From contig CBDFLJ010000001.1 of assembly GCA_965248835.1 (NCBI GenBank), positions 2,080,001 through 2,144,000 of the forward strand: DNA of 64,000 nucleotides. Direction: 5' to 3'. The notes beneath the pieces were generated by a model, which saw only the letters and a program-made list of their open reading frames with translations, searched no databases and was not told the DNA's origin. Shown here one piece after another: positions 29,765 through 39,846 of this stretch. Origin of the DNA: Alphaproteobacteria bacterium. Lineage in GTDB: Bacteria > Pseudomonadota > Alphaproteobacteria > MPNO01. The position numbers and the translations under genes are program-made. Position 1 is the stretch's first letter, and every line of letters begins with the position of its first letter.

Positions 29765-31366
29765 ATGAACGGTACTGCCCGACATCAGGATTTCGACAGG
29801 TTTCGTTTGCGCCGATTTGTCGATCGGCTGATCGAGATCGACGAAGTGGAGATACACGAGGAACCGGTACCCTTGGCCGCGCTCGGCGCGATCATCGAGG
29901 CCACGCCCAAGGCGGTGCTGTTCAAAAATGCCGGGCCGGAAGGGTTCGAGATGATCGCCAAGGCCGCGGCCGGGCGTGCCCGACTTGCCGCGGCGTTCGG
30001 CACGACGTGGGAAAAAGCCTACGACGAGTACCACAGGCGCCTCGCCACGCCCCAGCAGGTGTTCGAGATCCCGTCCGACGAGGCTCCGGTCCACCAGGTC
30101 AGGATCACGGGCGAGGACGTCGATCTCACCAGGCTGCCTTTTTATCCGCAGCACGGCTTCGATGGCAGTTGCTACATCAGTGCCGGCATCGACTTCACCG
30201 TCGATCCCGAGACCGGACGAACCAATGTCGGCAGCAGGCGCTTGTCGCTGCGCAACCGCACGCAGACGGGGACAAATGTAACCGCGCCGTCCGATCTCAA
30301 GCGCATCTACCAGGCCTGCGTGGCACGCGGCGAGCGCCTTCCGATTACCTTTACCCTTGGCAATCACCCGCTCGACTTTTTCGCCGCGACGACGCGCAAA
30401 CCCGGCGACGAACTTGGCCTTGTAGCCGCATTTCGCGGTCAGTCGGCGCCGGTGGTCAAGGGCCTGACCAACGACATTCGCGTACCCGCCGATGCGGAAA
30501 TGGTGCTGGAGGGCTATCTCGACGAGCGTGGCTATGTCGAACCGGAGGGACCGTTCGGGGAGTACATGGGGTACTACGGGTCCATTCACATGGATCCGGT
30601 CTTTACCTGCACCGCGATCGCCATGCGCCGCGATGTCATGCATCAGACGCTGCAGCACGGTTCGGGGTTTGTGCTCGATGAGTGCGACTCGTCGTGCATC
30701 AGCGCGCTTCGCTACGAAGCGGAAGCCATGCAAATCCTGAAATCGGCGGTGCGCGAGCCGGTTGCCGTCTACCTGCGCGAGACTTCGGGAGGTTCGAGCG
30801 GCCTCAGGGTCTCGATCAAGCAACGCTTCTTCGGAGAGGCCCGTAACGCTATTGCGGCGCTGTTCGGCGGCATCCGCCCCCTCAAGCATATCTGGGTATT
30901 CGATCACGATATCGATATCAGGGACGACAGGCAGGTGGAGTGGGCTTTCGGAACCAGGTTCCAGGCCGATCAGGACGTCGTCATGCTCAGCGGCATCATG
31001 GGAATGACCATGGATCCGTCGCTCCAGGGACGGCGTACGGGTGCGAAAGCCGGCTTCGACTGCACCAAGCCGTTCGGCCGCGACGGAGAAATTCCGCTGA
31101 CCCGGTCGGCGGCCAGGACGTTTTCCGGGAACGCGCGCTTTCAGACGGTCGAGCGCGCGCTGGAGTCAGGTCCGCAATTCTACGCAGATCTCGTCGAGGC
31201 GCTGGGCAGCGACGACGGCCGCGAGATCGCCTGTGCGATCGACGAGTTGCGCGAGGACGGCCGCATCGGGCGCGATCGCGACGGCCGGTATCACCTCGCC
31301 GGAGCTCCGCCCGGCACAACGGGCATTGTGGGCCCGCTCTACCACGACCCCAACGAGGGGACCTGA
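29765..31366 (+). CDS. UbiD-family (prFMN-dependent) decarboxylase with C-terminal extension
   Basis: VPADAEMVLEG, EGPFGEYMGYY, DIDI...VEWA..TRFQAD.D, KAGFDCT. Confidence 0.9.
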   Translation: MNGTARHQDFDRFRLRRFVDRLIEIDEVEIHEEPVPLAALGAIIEATPKAVLFKNAGPEGFEMIAKAAAGRARLAAAFGTTWEKAYDEYHRRLATPQQVFEIPSDEAPVHQVRITGEDVDLTRLPFYPQHGFDGSCYISAGIDFTVDPETGRTNVGSRRLSLRNRTQTGTNVTAPSDLKRIYQACVARGERLPITFTLGNHPLDFFAATTRKPGDELGLVAAFRGQSAPVVKGLTNDIRVPADAEMVLEGYLDERGYVEPEGPFGEYMGYYGSIHMDPVFTCTAIAMRRDVMHQTLQHGSGFVLDECDSSCISALRYEAEAMQILKSAVREPVAVYLRETSGGSSGLRVSIKQRFFGEARNAIAALFGGIRPLKHIWVFDHDIDIRDDRQVEWAFGTRFQADQDVVMLSGIMGMTMDPSLQGRRTGAKAGFDCTKPFGRDGEIPLTRSAARTFSGNARFQTVERALESGPQFYADLVEALGSDDGREIACAIDELREDGRIGRDRDGRYHLAGAPPGTTGIVGPLYHDPNEGT

Positions 31367-31489
31367 GGCTACTTTCTGTCCGACGTTATCGGTGCGGCGC
31401 GAACAGAGGTGGCTCGATTGACAGAATTTTTGAGCCCGTGATGCCGTTTTGACTGGAAATGTCGGAAAAGAGAAATAAGGAAACGAAAA

Positions 31490-32518
31490 ATGGGAGCAAA
31501 CGGGATGAGCGTACGGTATCTCATATGCGCAATTGGTGCTATCGCGGTTTTCGCGTCAACGCCGTCATTGGCCGCCGACCCGGTAACCGTAAAAATCGGT
31601 TCGTTTACCCCGCCGCAGGCTGAATACCTCCAGAAAATTACCATTCCATTCCTGCGCACGGTCGAAAAGGAAAGCGGCGGGACGATACAATTCAAGGAGT
31701 TTTGGGGCGGTGCACTAATCCGCAGCCCGCGCAAGCAGTGGGAAGGCGTGCAGAACAAGATTCAGGATGCCGCCCAGGTCCTGCCTGCCTATACGCCCAA
31801 ACTCTTCCCTGATTTCACGATATTCGCCCTGCCCTACACGTTCCGAAACACCGGCTCCGCGGAAGCCGCTGTGGCGATCTGGCGGATGTACGAGAAGGGT
31901 CTCCTCGGCGGCCTGGAAACTGTTCATATCTTCGCCGTTTACACCAACGACAACAGCGGAATACATCTGAATCGCAAAATTTCCTCGCTGGCCGACATCA
32001 AGGGGCTCAAGTTTCGCGTTCCCGGAAAGGCCGAGGCCGATGTCGTCAAGAAACTCGGCGGCACCCCGGTCGGCATGTCCATCCGCGGAGTGGCCGAGGC
32101 TCTCAATCGCGGCGTTATCCAGGGCACCCTGGCCGGATGGTCCGCGCTCGGCACGTTCCGGATCACGCCTCTGATCAAGACTCACATCGATATGCCGCTC
32201 GGCGTGCGCACATTCTTCATCGGAATGCGCAAGGACTTGTACAATCAGCTGTCGCGCAAGGCCCAGGACGCCATCGCCCGCAACGGAGGACTTAAACTCA
32301 GCCGTGCGCTGGGCGATTACTACGAGGCCGAAGGCACAACACTGCGTGCCGATCCGGGCAGCCGCTCGGTCATTCGCCTGCCGCAAAACGAGCATGACCG
32401 GCTGTACAACGACATCTTCAAGGCCTATCACGCGCAATGGATCGCAAACAATAAGGACGGCGAGCGGAAGTACAGCGCCTTGCAGGCAATTCTGAAGGAT
32501 CTTCGCGCCGGGAACTGA
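31490..32518 (+). CDS. dctP: TRAP substrate-binding protein
   Basis: Signal peptide; DIKGLKFR, LGGTPVGM, EALNRGVIQG. Confidence 0.88.
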   Translation: MGANGMSVRYLICAIGAIAVFASTPSLAADPVTVKIGSFTPPQAEYLQKITIPFLRTVEKESGGTIQFKEFWGGALIRSPRKQWEGVQNKIQDAAQVLPAYTPKLFPDFTIFALPYTFRNTGSAEAAVAIWRMYEKGLLGGLETVHIFAVYTNDNSGIHLNRKISSLADIKGLKFRVPGKAEADVVKKLGGTPVGMSIRGVAEALNRGVIQGTLAGWSALGTFRITPLIKTHIDMPLGVRTFFIGMRKDLYNQLSRKAQDAIARNGGLKLSRALGDYYEAEGTTLRADPGSRSVIRLPQNEHDRLYNDIFKAYHAQWIANNKDGERKYSALQAILKDLRAGN

Positions 32519-32523
32519 AGTCG

Positions 32524-33090
32524 ATGCCGCGGCGGCGGAACGAAGTAGCGGAGGACGTTCCGTTCGATTCCAACGCCGCGCTCGGCCCCGCCGCGAGCTG
32601 GATCGCGCTGGTCGGTGCGTTGGCCATCCTCGGACTCGCGGCGGCGATCGTGGTCGACGTGCTGATGCGTTGGCTGTTCAACGCGCCGATATTAGGGGTG
32701 GACGATCTGGGCAAGTACAACCTTGCCGTGATCGTCTCGAGTTTCTTTCCGATCTGCCTGATCGGCGGGCATTTCGTGACGATCAGGTTCCTCGGCCGGG
32801 CGGTCGGGCCGATCCGCGCTCTCTGGCTGGAAACCTTCGGTAATCTCGTCACATTGTGCGTCTTCGCGCTGCTCGGTTGGCAGTTCTTCCGCTTCACGCT
32901 TCATGACGTGACGCTGACCGGGCTCGCGACGGCGGTTCTCGAACTCCCGCAGGCGCCGTGGTGGTGGATGGTCACCGCGATCATTTTCGTATGTACCGCC
33001 ATTCAGGTTGTGGTGCTTCTGGAGGCTGTTCTTCGGGCTTGGCACGGCGTGCCCAAGGCCCCGGCAACCGCGGTCGATTCCGGTGTGTAG
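32524..33090 (+). CDS. dctQ: TRAP small permease
   Basis: DVLMRWLFNAPILG; 4 TM helices; operon position. Confidence 0.85.
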   Translation: MPRRRNEVAEDVPFDSNAALGPAASWIALVGALAILGLAAAIVVDVLMRWLFNAPILGVDDLGKYNLAVIVSSFFPICLIGGHFVTIRFLGRAVGPIRALWLETFGNLVTLCVFALLGWQFFRFTLHDVTLTGLATAVLELPQAPWWWMVTAIIFVCTAIQVVVLLEAVLRAWHGVPKAPATAVDSGV

Positions 33091-33121
33091 GCAATCGAAT
33101 ACGCAGGGGAAGCGTTGAGCC

Positions 33122-34432
33122 ATGGATCCGGTGATCATAGCGGTCATCGGGATCGCGGGCATGCTGCTGCTGATCGCCCTGCATGTGCCGATCGGTATCG
33201 CGATGGCGACCGCGGGGTTCTTCGGGGTCTGGTTGCTCCTCGATCTCGAACCCGCGATAAAGATGTTTGCCACCGCGCCGACGCAGGTTCTTGTAACCCA
33301 GGAACTGGGTGCGATCCCGATGTTCCTGTTGATGGGAAGCTTCGCGTCGGCGGCCGGCCTGTCCGGCGATCTCTACCGGTTGTTCTACGCGCTGATCGGG
33401 CATTATCGCGGCGGTCTGGCAATGACCACGATCGGCGGGTGCGGCGGTTTCGGCGCCGTTTGCGGCTCGTCGCTGGCGACCGCGTCGACATTCATGCGGA
33501 TCGCTCTTCCGGAAATGCGCGAACGCGGTTACCGGCCGTCGCTCGCGGCGGGCTCGATCGCGGCCGGGGGGACGCTCGGCATCCTCATCCCCCCGTCCAA
33601 CCTCATGCTGCTATACGGCGTGCTGACAGAGCAGTTCGTGATCGCGCTGTTCGCGGCGGCAGTCATACCGGGACTCGTATGCATCGTGGTGTATTTCGCG
33701 ACGATCATGATCTACGTCCGGGTTCGGCCCGGGTCGGGTCCGGCGGGTCCCCGCATGCCGTGGCGCGAACGTATTGCAGTTGTCAGAAGTTGCTGGGGGG
33801 TCCTGGTACTCGCCGCGGTGGTCAGCGGCGGGATCTATGGCGGCATATTCACCGTCCTCGAAGCGGCGGCAGTCGGGTGTTTCATGGCGTTCGGCTTCAC
33901 GTGGTTCCGAGGACGTCTCACGGTCGATGTCCTGCGCGATGTTCTGGTGCAAACCGCCGCGTCGACCGGTCTGATCTATATCATCATCATCGGCGCGACC
34001 ATATTCACGTTCTTTATCACGCTCAGCCAGATGCCGACCGTGCTGGTGAGTGCGATCGAGGGCTCGGGCCTTGATCCCTGGATGATCATCGTGCTGCTGC
34101 TGATGATGTACATCATCCTCGGCAGCATCTTCGAGACCGTTGCGGCGATGATCATCACACTCCCGGTCGTGTTCCCGCTGGTGGTCGGGCTTGGCTTCGA
34201 TCCTATCTGGTGGGGCGTCATCAACATCATGGTCATCGAAATCGGCCAGATCACCCCGCCCATCGGTATCATCCCCTTCGTCCTGCATGGAATAGCGCCG
34301 GAGGTACCGCTGAAGACCATATTCAGCGGCATCGTGCCGTTTTTCATCGCAGATCTCACGCGTCTCGCGATAATCGCTCTCTTTCCAGCACTTAGCCTGT
34401 GGCTGCCTGGTGTTCTGGGATTGATGGTCTGA
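33122..34432 (+). CDS. dctM: TRAP large permease
   Basis: IPMFLLMG, GSSLATA, GGTLGILIPPS, ITPPIG. Confidence 0.93.
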   Translation: MDPVIIAVIGIAGMLLLIALHVPIGIAMATAGFFGVWLLLDLEPAIKMFATAPTQVLVTQELGAIPMFLLMGSFASAAGLSGDLYRLFYALIGHYRGGLAMTTIGGCGGFGAVCGSSLATASTFMRIALPEMRERGYRPSLAAGSIAAGGTLGILIPPSNLMLLYGVLTEQFVIALFAAAVIPGLVCIVVYFATIMIYVRVRPGSGPAGPRMPWRERIAVVRSCWGVLVLAAVVSGGIYGGIFTVLEAAAVGCFMAFGFTWFRGRLTVDVLRDVLVQTAASTGLIYIIIIGATIFTFFITLSQMPTVLVSAIEGSGLDPWMIIVLLLMMYIILGSIFETVAAMIITLPVVFPLVVGLGFDPIWWGVINIMVIEIGQITPPIGIIPFVLHGIAPEVPLKTIFSGIVPFFIADLTRLAIIALFPALSLWLPGVLGLMV

Positions 34433-36804
34433 TGCCCAGTCGCAATGGCGCCGAGTCGGGGGCCGAGGCGGTAATCGGCCGGCCGGTTCTCCGTAAGGAG
34501 GATTTGCGCCTTCTCGCCGGCCGCGGCCGGTTTTCCGACGATGTGAACCTGACCGGCCAAGCCTACGCGGTCATGTTGCGCTCGCCGCACGCCCATGCGC
34601 GGATCGAGGCAGTCGATCCGTCGGCGGCACTTGCCGTCCCCGGTGTCATTTCGGTGTTGACCGGCAAGGATTTGCTGGCCGACGGATTGGGCAGCATTCC
34701 CCACACACCGGCGCCGACGAGCCCGCCCGACATCGAGCTCGTCAATCGCGACGGTTCCGCAAGGCGGGAAGTACCGCAATTTCCGCTGTCCGCCGACCGG
34801 GCGCGGTTCGTCGGCGAAGCCGTGGCAATGATCATCGCCGAGACCCCGGATTGTGCGAGGGACGGTCTCGAACGGGTCGAGGTCGCGTACAAGCCCCTGC
34901 CCGCGGTTACGGAGGCCGAAACGGCGACGACGGCGGATGCGCCGATCCTCTGGGAAGGCGTGGCATCGAATGTCTGCATCGACGCCGATGTCGGCGATAT
35001 CGCGGCAACCGAACGGGCCTTCGAGAAGGCGGACCACGTCGTTCGCCTGCAATCCTGGATCCGGCGGGTCACCGGTGTCCCGATGGAGCCTCGTGCGGCC
35101 GTCGGGGTCTACGATCCGAAGACCGAACGGTACACCCTTTATGCGGGGGGCGGCGGCGTCGTTCGCCCGAAGCGCGAGCTCGCCGAGATACTGGGGGTAG
35201 CCCTGGACCGGGTGCGGGTGATCGCCGGGGACGTCGGAGGGAACTACGGAACCCGCAATGCCTTCTATCCCGAGTTCGCGCTTGTGGCGTGGGCGGCGAG
35301 GCGTCTGGGCCGTCCGGTGAAGTGGACGGCCGATCGGAGCGAGGCGTTTCTGTGCGATTACCAGGGCCGAGACCTTGCGGTCACCGCGGAACTCGCACTC
35401 GACCGGGACGGGCGGTTCCTCGCTATGCGCGGTTCGAACACAAGCAATGTGGGGGCCTATACCGTCTCTTTCGTGCCGCTGACCAAGGGCGTCGAAATCA
35501 TGACCGGCCTCTACGATATTCCGGCGGCCCATTTCCGTGCCCGTGCGGTGGTTACGAACACACCGCCCACCAACCCCTATCGCAGTGCCGGCCGCCCGGA
35601 GGTCATGTTCGTGCTGGAACGGCTAGTCGATCTGGCGGCCGGGACCCATGGCTTCGATCGGGTGGCCTTGCGGCGACGCAACCTGATTCCGCAAAGCGCG
35701 TTGCCCTATGCAAATCCGCTCGGAATGACCTACGACAGCGGAGACTACGGATCGGCGACGGACGCGGCATTGGCGGCTGCCGATTGGGCCAGGTTCCCGG
35801 AACGTCGCGAAGAAAGTCGGCTACGGGGCAAACGACGCGGCATCGGCGTTGCCAACTACATCGAGACGTCGACGGGGGCGCCGCGGGAACGCGCCGAGAT
35901 GACGGTTCGACCGGACGGGGAAATCGATGTCGTCATCGGCACGTTGTCGAGCGGTCAGGGCCATGAGACAAGCTTCGCCCAGCTCGTCTGCGAATGGTTC
36001 GACGTTCCGCTCGACCGTGTGAACCTGGTTACCGGCGATACCGACACTGTCTCGGTCGGCGGCGGCTCCCATTCTGGGCGGTCGATGCGCCTTGCCGGCA
36101 TCACGATGGGCAAGGCGACGGAGATCATCCTCGAAAGGGGATCCCGGATCGCGGCCTGCCTGCTGGAGGCGGCGGCGGAGGACATCGTCTTCGCGGAGGG
36201 CCGTTTCACCGTTACCGGCACCGATCGTTCCATCGGCCTGTTCGAGGTCGCGCGCGCGGGTGACCGGGGCGACCCGCTGCCGGTGGAACTGCAGGGGCCG
36301 CTGGCGGGCGTTTCGGACGAGACGGTGCGGGTCCCCGCTTTCCCTTACGGTTGTCATGTGTGCGAGGTCGAGGTCGATCCGGAGACCGGCATGGTGGAGG
36401 TCGTCCGCTATTCCGGTGTCGACGATGTCGGCCGCGCGATCAACCCGCTCATCCTCCACGGCCAGGCGCATGGCAGTATCGCCCAGGGCTTGGGCGAGGC
36501 CATGATGGAACACAGCGTCTACGATGCGCGGACCGGTCAGGCGCTGGCGGCTTCGTTTATGGATTACGCAATGCCGCGGGCCGATGATTTTCCGTTCTTC
36601 ACAACTGAGATCAGCGAGGTGCCGACGCCCGACAACCCGCTCGGCATCCGCGCGGGCGGCGAGGGAGGAACGACCCCGTCGCTTGCCGCCTACGTCAATT
36701 CCGTCGTGGACGCGTTGAAGGAATTCGGGGTCGACCATCTGGAAATGCCGACACGGCCGGAAAGCGTCTGGCGGGCCATTCGGTCGGCCAACCGCCCAAG
36801 TTGA
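34432..36804 (+). CDS. Xanthine dehydrogenase family molybdopterin-binding large subunit (CoxL form II-like)
   Basis: RKEDLRLLAGRG, DVGGNYG, PYRSAGRPE, GQGHETSFAQ, NPLGIRAGGEGG. Confidence 0.93.
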   Translation: MPSRNGAESGAEAVIGRPVLRKEDLRLLAGRGRFSDDVNLTGQAYAVMLRSPHAHARIEAVDPSAALAVPGVISVLTGKDLLADGLGSIPHTPAPTSPPDIELVNRDGSARREVPQFPLSADRARFVGEAVAMIIAETPDCARDGLERVEVAYKPLPAVTEAETATTADAPILWEGVASNVCIDADVGDIAATERAFEKADHVVRLQSWIRRVTGVPMEPRAAVGVYDPKTERYTLYAGGGGVVRPKRELAEILGVALDRVRVIAGDVGGNYGTRNAFYPEFALVAWAARRLGRPVKWTADRSEAFLCDYQGRDLAVTAELALDRDGRFLAMRGSNTSNVGAYTVSFVPLTKGVEIMTGLYDIPAAHFRARAVVTNTPPTNPYRSAGRPEVMFVLERLVDLAAGTHGFDRVALRRRNLIPQSALPYANPLGMTYDSGDYGSATDAALAAADWARFPERREESRLRGKRRGIGVANYIETSTGAPRERAEMTVRPDGEIDVVIGTLSSGQGHETSFAQLVCEWFDVPLDRVNLVTGDTDTVSVGGGSHSGRSMRLAGITMGKATEIILERGSRIAACLLEAAAEDIVFAEGRFTVTGTDRSIGLFEVARAGDRGDPLPVELQGPLAGVSDETVRVPAFPYGCHVCEVEVDPETGMVEVVRYSGVDDVGRAINPLILHGQAHGSIAQGLGEAMMEHSVYDARTGQALAASFMDYAMPRADDFPFFTTEISEVPTPDNPLGIRAGGEGGTTPSLAAYVNSVVDALKEFGVDHLEMPTRPESVWRAIRSANRPS

Positions 36805-36822
36805 AGCATGGGATATGCAGCA

Positions 36823-37548
36823 ATGTCCGACGAAATCCTGATCCGGAAGCTCGACCGCTTAACCGAGATCACACTCAACCGTCCGGAAGCTGGCAACGGT
36901 GTGACAAACGAAATGGCGGCGACGCTGGGCCGGGCGATCTCGGAGGCCGGCGATTCGCATTTTGTCGTTCTACGGGGGGCGGGCGAGGATTTCTGCACCG
37001 GACGGGCGGGAATGGGAAGGCCGCCGGAGGAGCGCCCGGGAGCCTACGAACGCCGGGCCCAAAATGAGGTGATTTTCGACTGCTACGGCGCCTTTCGTCG
37101 ATCCCCGGTTCCGGTGGTAGGGCTCGTCCAGGGTCGCGCCGCGGGTTTCGGTTGCGCGCTTGCGGCGCTCTGCGACATTACCGTGGCGAGCGCCTCGGCC
37201 ACGTTCCAGCTGCCGGAGATGGGCCACAACATCATGCCGACCATGGCGATGTCTTCTCTGGTCGACCGCGTGCCGCGCAAGGCGCTGATGTACCTTGTCT
37301 ATTCGACCATGGCGATAGACGCCCATAAGGCTCTCTCCTTCGGCATCGTCAGCGACGTGGTTCCGGGCGATGAGCTGGAGAGCAGCTTCGAGGCGCTTTG
37401 CGCCGCGCTTGAAAAAGCGCCGCGCCCGGCGGTCCTCGCGGTCAAGGAGTACGCGCGTTCGGCACTGTCGATGGACATCGCGAGCGCGGTCGATTTCGCG
37501 CGCAATCTGCACGCGACCGCAAATTCGGCACCCGGGATGCGCGGCTGA
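36823..37548 (+). CDS. Enoyl-CoA hydratase/isomerase (crotonase) family
   Basis: ITLNRPE..N, GEDFCTG, AAGFGCALAALCDI, LPE. Confidence 0.85.
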   Translation: MSDEILIRKLDRLTEITLNRPEAGNGVTNEMAATLGRAISEAGDSHFVVLRGAGEDFCTGRAGMGRPPEERPGAYERRAQNEVIFDCYGAFRRSPVPVVGLVQGRAAGFGCALAALCDITVASASATFQLPEMGHNIMPTMAMSSLVDRVPRKALMYLVYSTMAIDAHKALSFGIVSDVVPGDELESSFEALCAALEKAPRPAVLAVKEYARSALSMDIASAVDFARNLHATANSAPGMRG

Positions 37549-37699
37549 GGAACCGACGGACCAGCGCCCCCGCAGCCGCTGCGTGACCGCCCCCACTGGC
37601 TGGTCCTGATCGCGGTGGCGTCGGGAGGAGGCGTCCACTCCATCATTTTGCGCCGCCGCGACCGCACTGCGCAGCCGCCTCGCGTGGGACATCTTTGCT

Positions 37700-37945
37700 C
37701 CGCCGGCTACACCCTCGACGTCACCGGCGCCGAGGGCGTCGCCAAGGTGGCTGACATATGCGGCGACGTCACCTTGCTCGTCAGCAACGCTGGGGTGTGC
37801 TTCCCTGCGCAGCTCATCGGGTCGCCCGACCTCTCGCGGCGCGCCGCGAGATGGAGGTCAGCTTCTGGGGCACGCTGATGATGTGCTGGGCCTTCTCGCC
37901 CGTGCTCGAGGCCCACGGCGGCGGTGCCATCATCGTCACCCCTTG
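37700..37945 (+). pseudogene. Short-chain dehydrogenase internal fragment
   Basis: LDVT...DVTLLVSNAGV, EMEVSFWG..AFSPVLEAHGGGAI across a frameshift. Confidence 0.7.
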
Positions 37946-38255
37946 CGCCGGCGCTGGCGATAGGATTCGTTGCGCTTCATCCATTCGCCGCGGGTCGCCT
38001 GGGCGGCGTTGGCATCCCATTCCTCCGACCATTCGCGGACGGATTAGCCGTATCACGGCAGCTTGGGGCACCAGCGCCGGCAGCCCGAGGTGCTCCCGCA
38101 GCGCTTGACAGCCATTCTAGCCGGCCTGCAGACTTCGACTCCGCGCGCTTGCTGATTTGCGACCGGGGCAGGCGGCCGGACGCGCACGCACCTCTGGCAC
38201 CGAACGACACGAATAAGCAACCACGGTGCCCCGGGGATCACAGGGAGGAAACGAC

Positions 38256-39257
38256 ATGATAGGACGCAAAGAATGGTTTGTTGCCGCGCTCGTCGGCGCC
38301 ACGGTCGCGTTCGGCGCGCCGCCATCTGTCGCGGCGGAGGTCGGGTTCAAGGCGATCAGCGCCTGGCCGAAGACGTTCCCGTTCGTCTCCGAGAGCTTCC
38401 TGCCGTTCATCGAGCGCGCCAACAAGGCGGGCAAGGGCGAGTACCGGATGAACTATATCGGCGGCCCGGAGATCTCCAAGGCGCCGGCCCAGCCGGAAGG
38501 CTTCAAGATCGGGCTGTTCGACCTGATGTTCACCGCCATGAGCTACCACCGCGGAATTATCCCCGAGGTCGACGCGCTGTCGGGCAACACCACCGCGCCC
38601 TGGGTCGCGCGCGCCAACGGGGGGCTTGCGGCGCTGAACGAGGCGATCTCGGCCAAGATCAACGGCCGGGTCCTGGTCTGGAACGCCGGGGTGTCGTTCA
38701 ACCTCTATCTGCGCAAGGAACCCAAGATGCGCGCCGACGGGCTGGTCGATCTTTCCGGCCTGAAGATGCGCTCGGTCCCGACCTACGATGCGTTTCTCAG
38801 GGCGCTCGGCGCGACGACGGTGACCATCCAGCTGCCGGAGATCCACTCGGCGCTCCAGCGCGGCATCGTCGACGGCCTGGCCTTCCCGGAGCTGTGGTCG
38901 CGGCGGTTCGGATACGCCAAATTCATCAAATACCGCATCTATCCGAAGTTCATGCAGCTCGACACCGTGATCGCGATCAACAACGACTCCTGGAACAAGC
39001 TGTCGCGGCGGGGCAGGGACACGCTGGCGCTGGTCTCGACGCAGTTCGAGATCGACGACTATTTCAGCTGGAAGCCCAAGATCGCCAAGGAGCGCGAGAT
39101 CCTCAACGGCAAGTTCGGCCAGAAGGAGGTCCATCTCGACCCGAAGGCCGGGGAGAAATACCGCCAGCTCGCCAACCAGCTCGTCCAGGACCGGTTGGCG
39201 TCCGTCGGGACTCCGCTGGCGAGGAAGCTCGGCCGGCTCTATCACGGGCGGAAATAG
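38256..39257 (+). CDS. dctP: TRAP substrate-binding protein
   Basis: RBS GGAGG; signal peptide; GGPEI, LSGLKMRS, ALQRGIVDG. Confidence 0.88.
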   Translation: MIGRKEWFVAALVGATVAFGAPPSVAAEVGFKAISAWPKTFPFVSESFLPFIERANKAGKGEYRMNYIGGPEISKAPAQPEGFKIGLFDLMFTAMSYHRGIIPEVDALSGNTTAPWVARANGGLAALNEAISAKINGRVLVWNAGVSFNLYLRKEPKMRADGLVDLSGLKMRSVPTYDAFLRALGATTVTIQLPEIHSALQRGIVDGLAFPELWSRRFGYAKFIKYRIYPKFMQLDTVIAINNDSWNKLSRRGRDTLALVSTQFEIDDYFSWKPKIAKEREILNGKFGQKEVHLDPKAGEKYRQLANQLVQDRLASVGTPLARKLGRLYHGRK

Positions 39258-39333
39258 GCGGCATCGCCGCGGGGCCGGCGGACCGGCTGGTTCCGGTCCG
39301 CCGCACCCCGCGGAGGCTCGCCGAGCGAGCGCC

Positions 39334-39846
39334 ATGAACACCGTCTCCGCCGCCTACCGGCATCTGATCCACGGGCTTGCCGTGCTCGGGGCGGTCATTC
39401 TCGCCTGCGTCCTTGCCGGCATCATCGCCGATGTGAGCCTGCGCACGATCGGGCTGCAGCCGCTGCAATGGTACAGCGCGCTCACCGAATACAGCCTCCT
39501 GTTCGCGACCATGCTGGGCGGGCCGTGGCTGGTCCGGGTCAAGGGCCATGTGGCGGTGGAATCGCTGCTGCTCGCGATGCCGCCCGCGCTCCGCCTCGCC
39601 GCGGGCAAGTTCGCCTACGCGCTCTGCATCGTTCTATCGCTGCTGTTCGTCTGGTACGGCGGGGAGAAGGCGGTCTCGGCGTTCGTCTCGGGCGAGATCG
39701 ACATCCGCTCGATCGACATGCCGCGCTGGGTGCTCTACGCCTCGTTCCCGCTCGGTTTCGGCCTGATGGCTATCGAGTTCGCGCGCTACCTGCTCGGATT
39801 CGACAGCTACTATTCCGACCGGGCCGGCGCCTCGGAATCGCTCTAG
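39334..39846 (+). CDS. dctQ: TRAP small permease
   Basis: EYSLLFATMLGGPWL..KGHVAVE; 4 TM helices. Confidence 0.87.
   Translation: MNTVSAAYRHLIHGLAVLGAVILACVLAGIIADVSLRTIGLQPLQWYSALTEYSLLFATMLGGPWLVRVKGHVAVESLLLAMPPALRLAAGKFAYALCIVLSLLFVWYGGEKAVSAFVSGEIDIRSIDMPRWVLYASFPLGFGLMAIEFARYLLGFDSYYSDRAGASESL

Noticed and set aside
28523-30907. 794-aa minus-strand ORF (also 39871-41979, 22334-24019, 58521-60146, 33976-35532)
   Set aside because: Shadow ORFs antisense to well-supported genes in high-GC DNA; no recognisable motifs.
23036-36804. Form I aerobic CO dehydrogenase
   Set aside because: Active-site loops are YRGAGQ and YRSAGR, not AYRCSFR; no coxMS or accessory genes.
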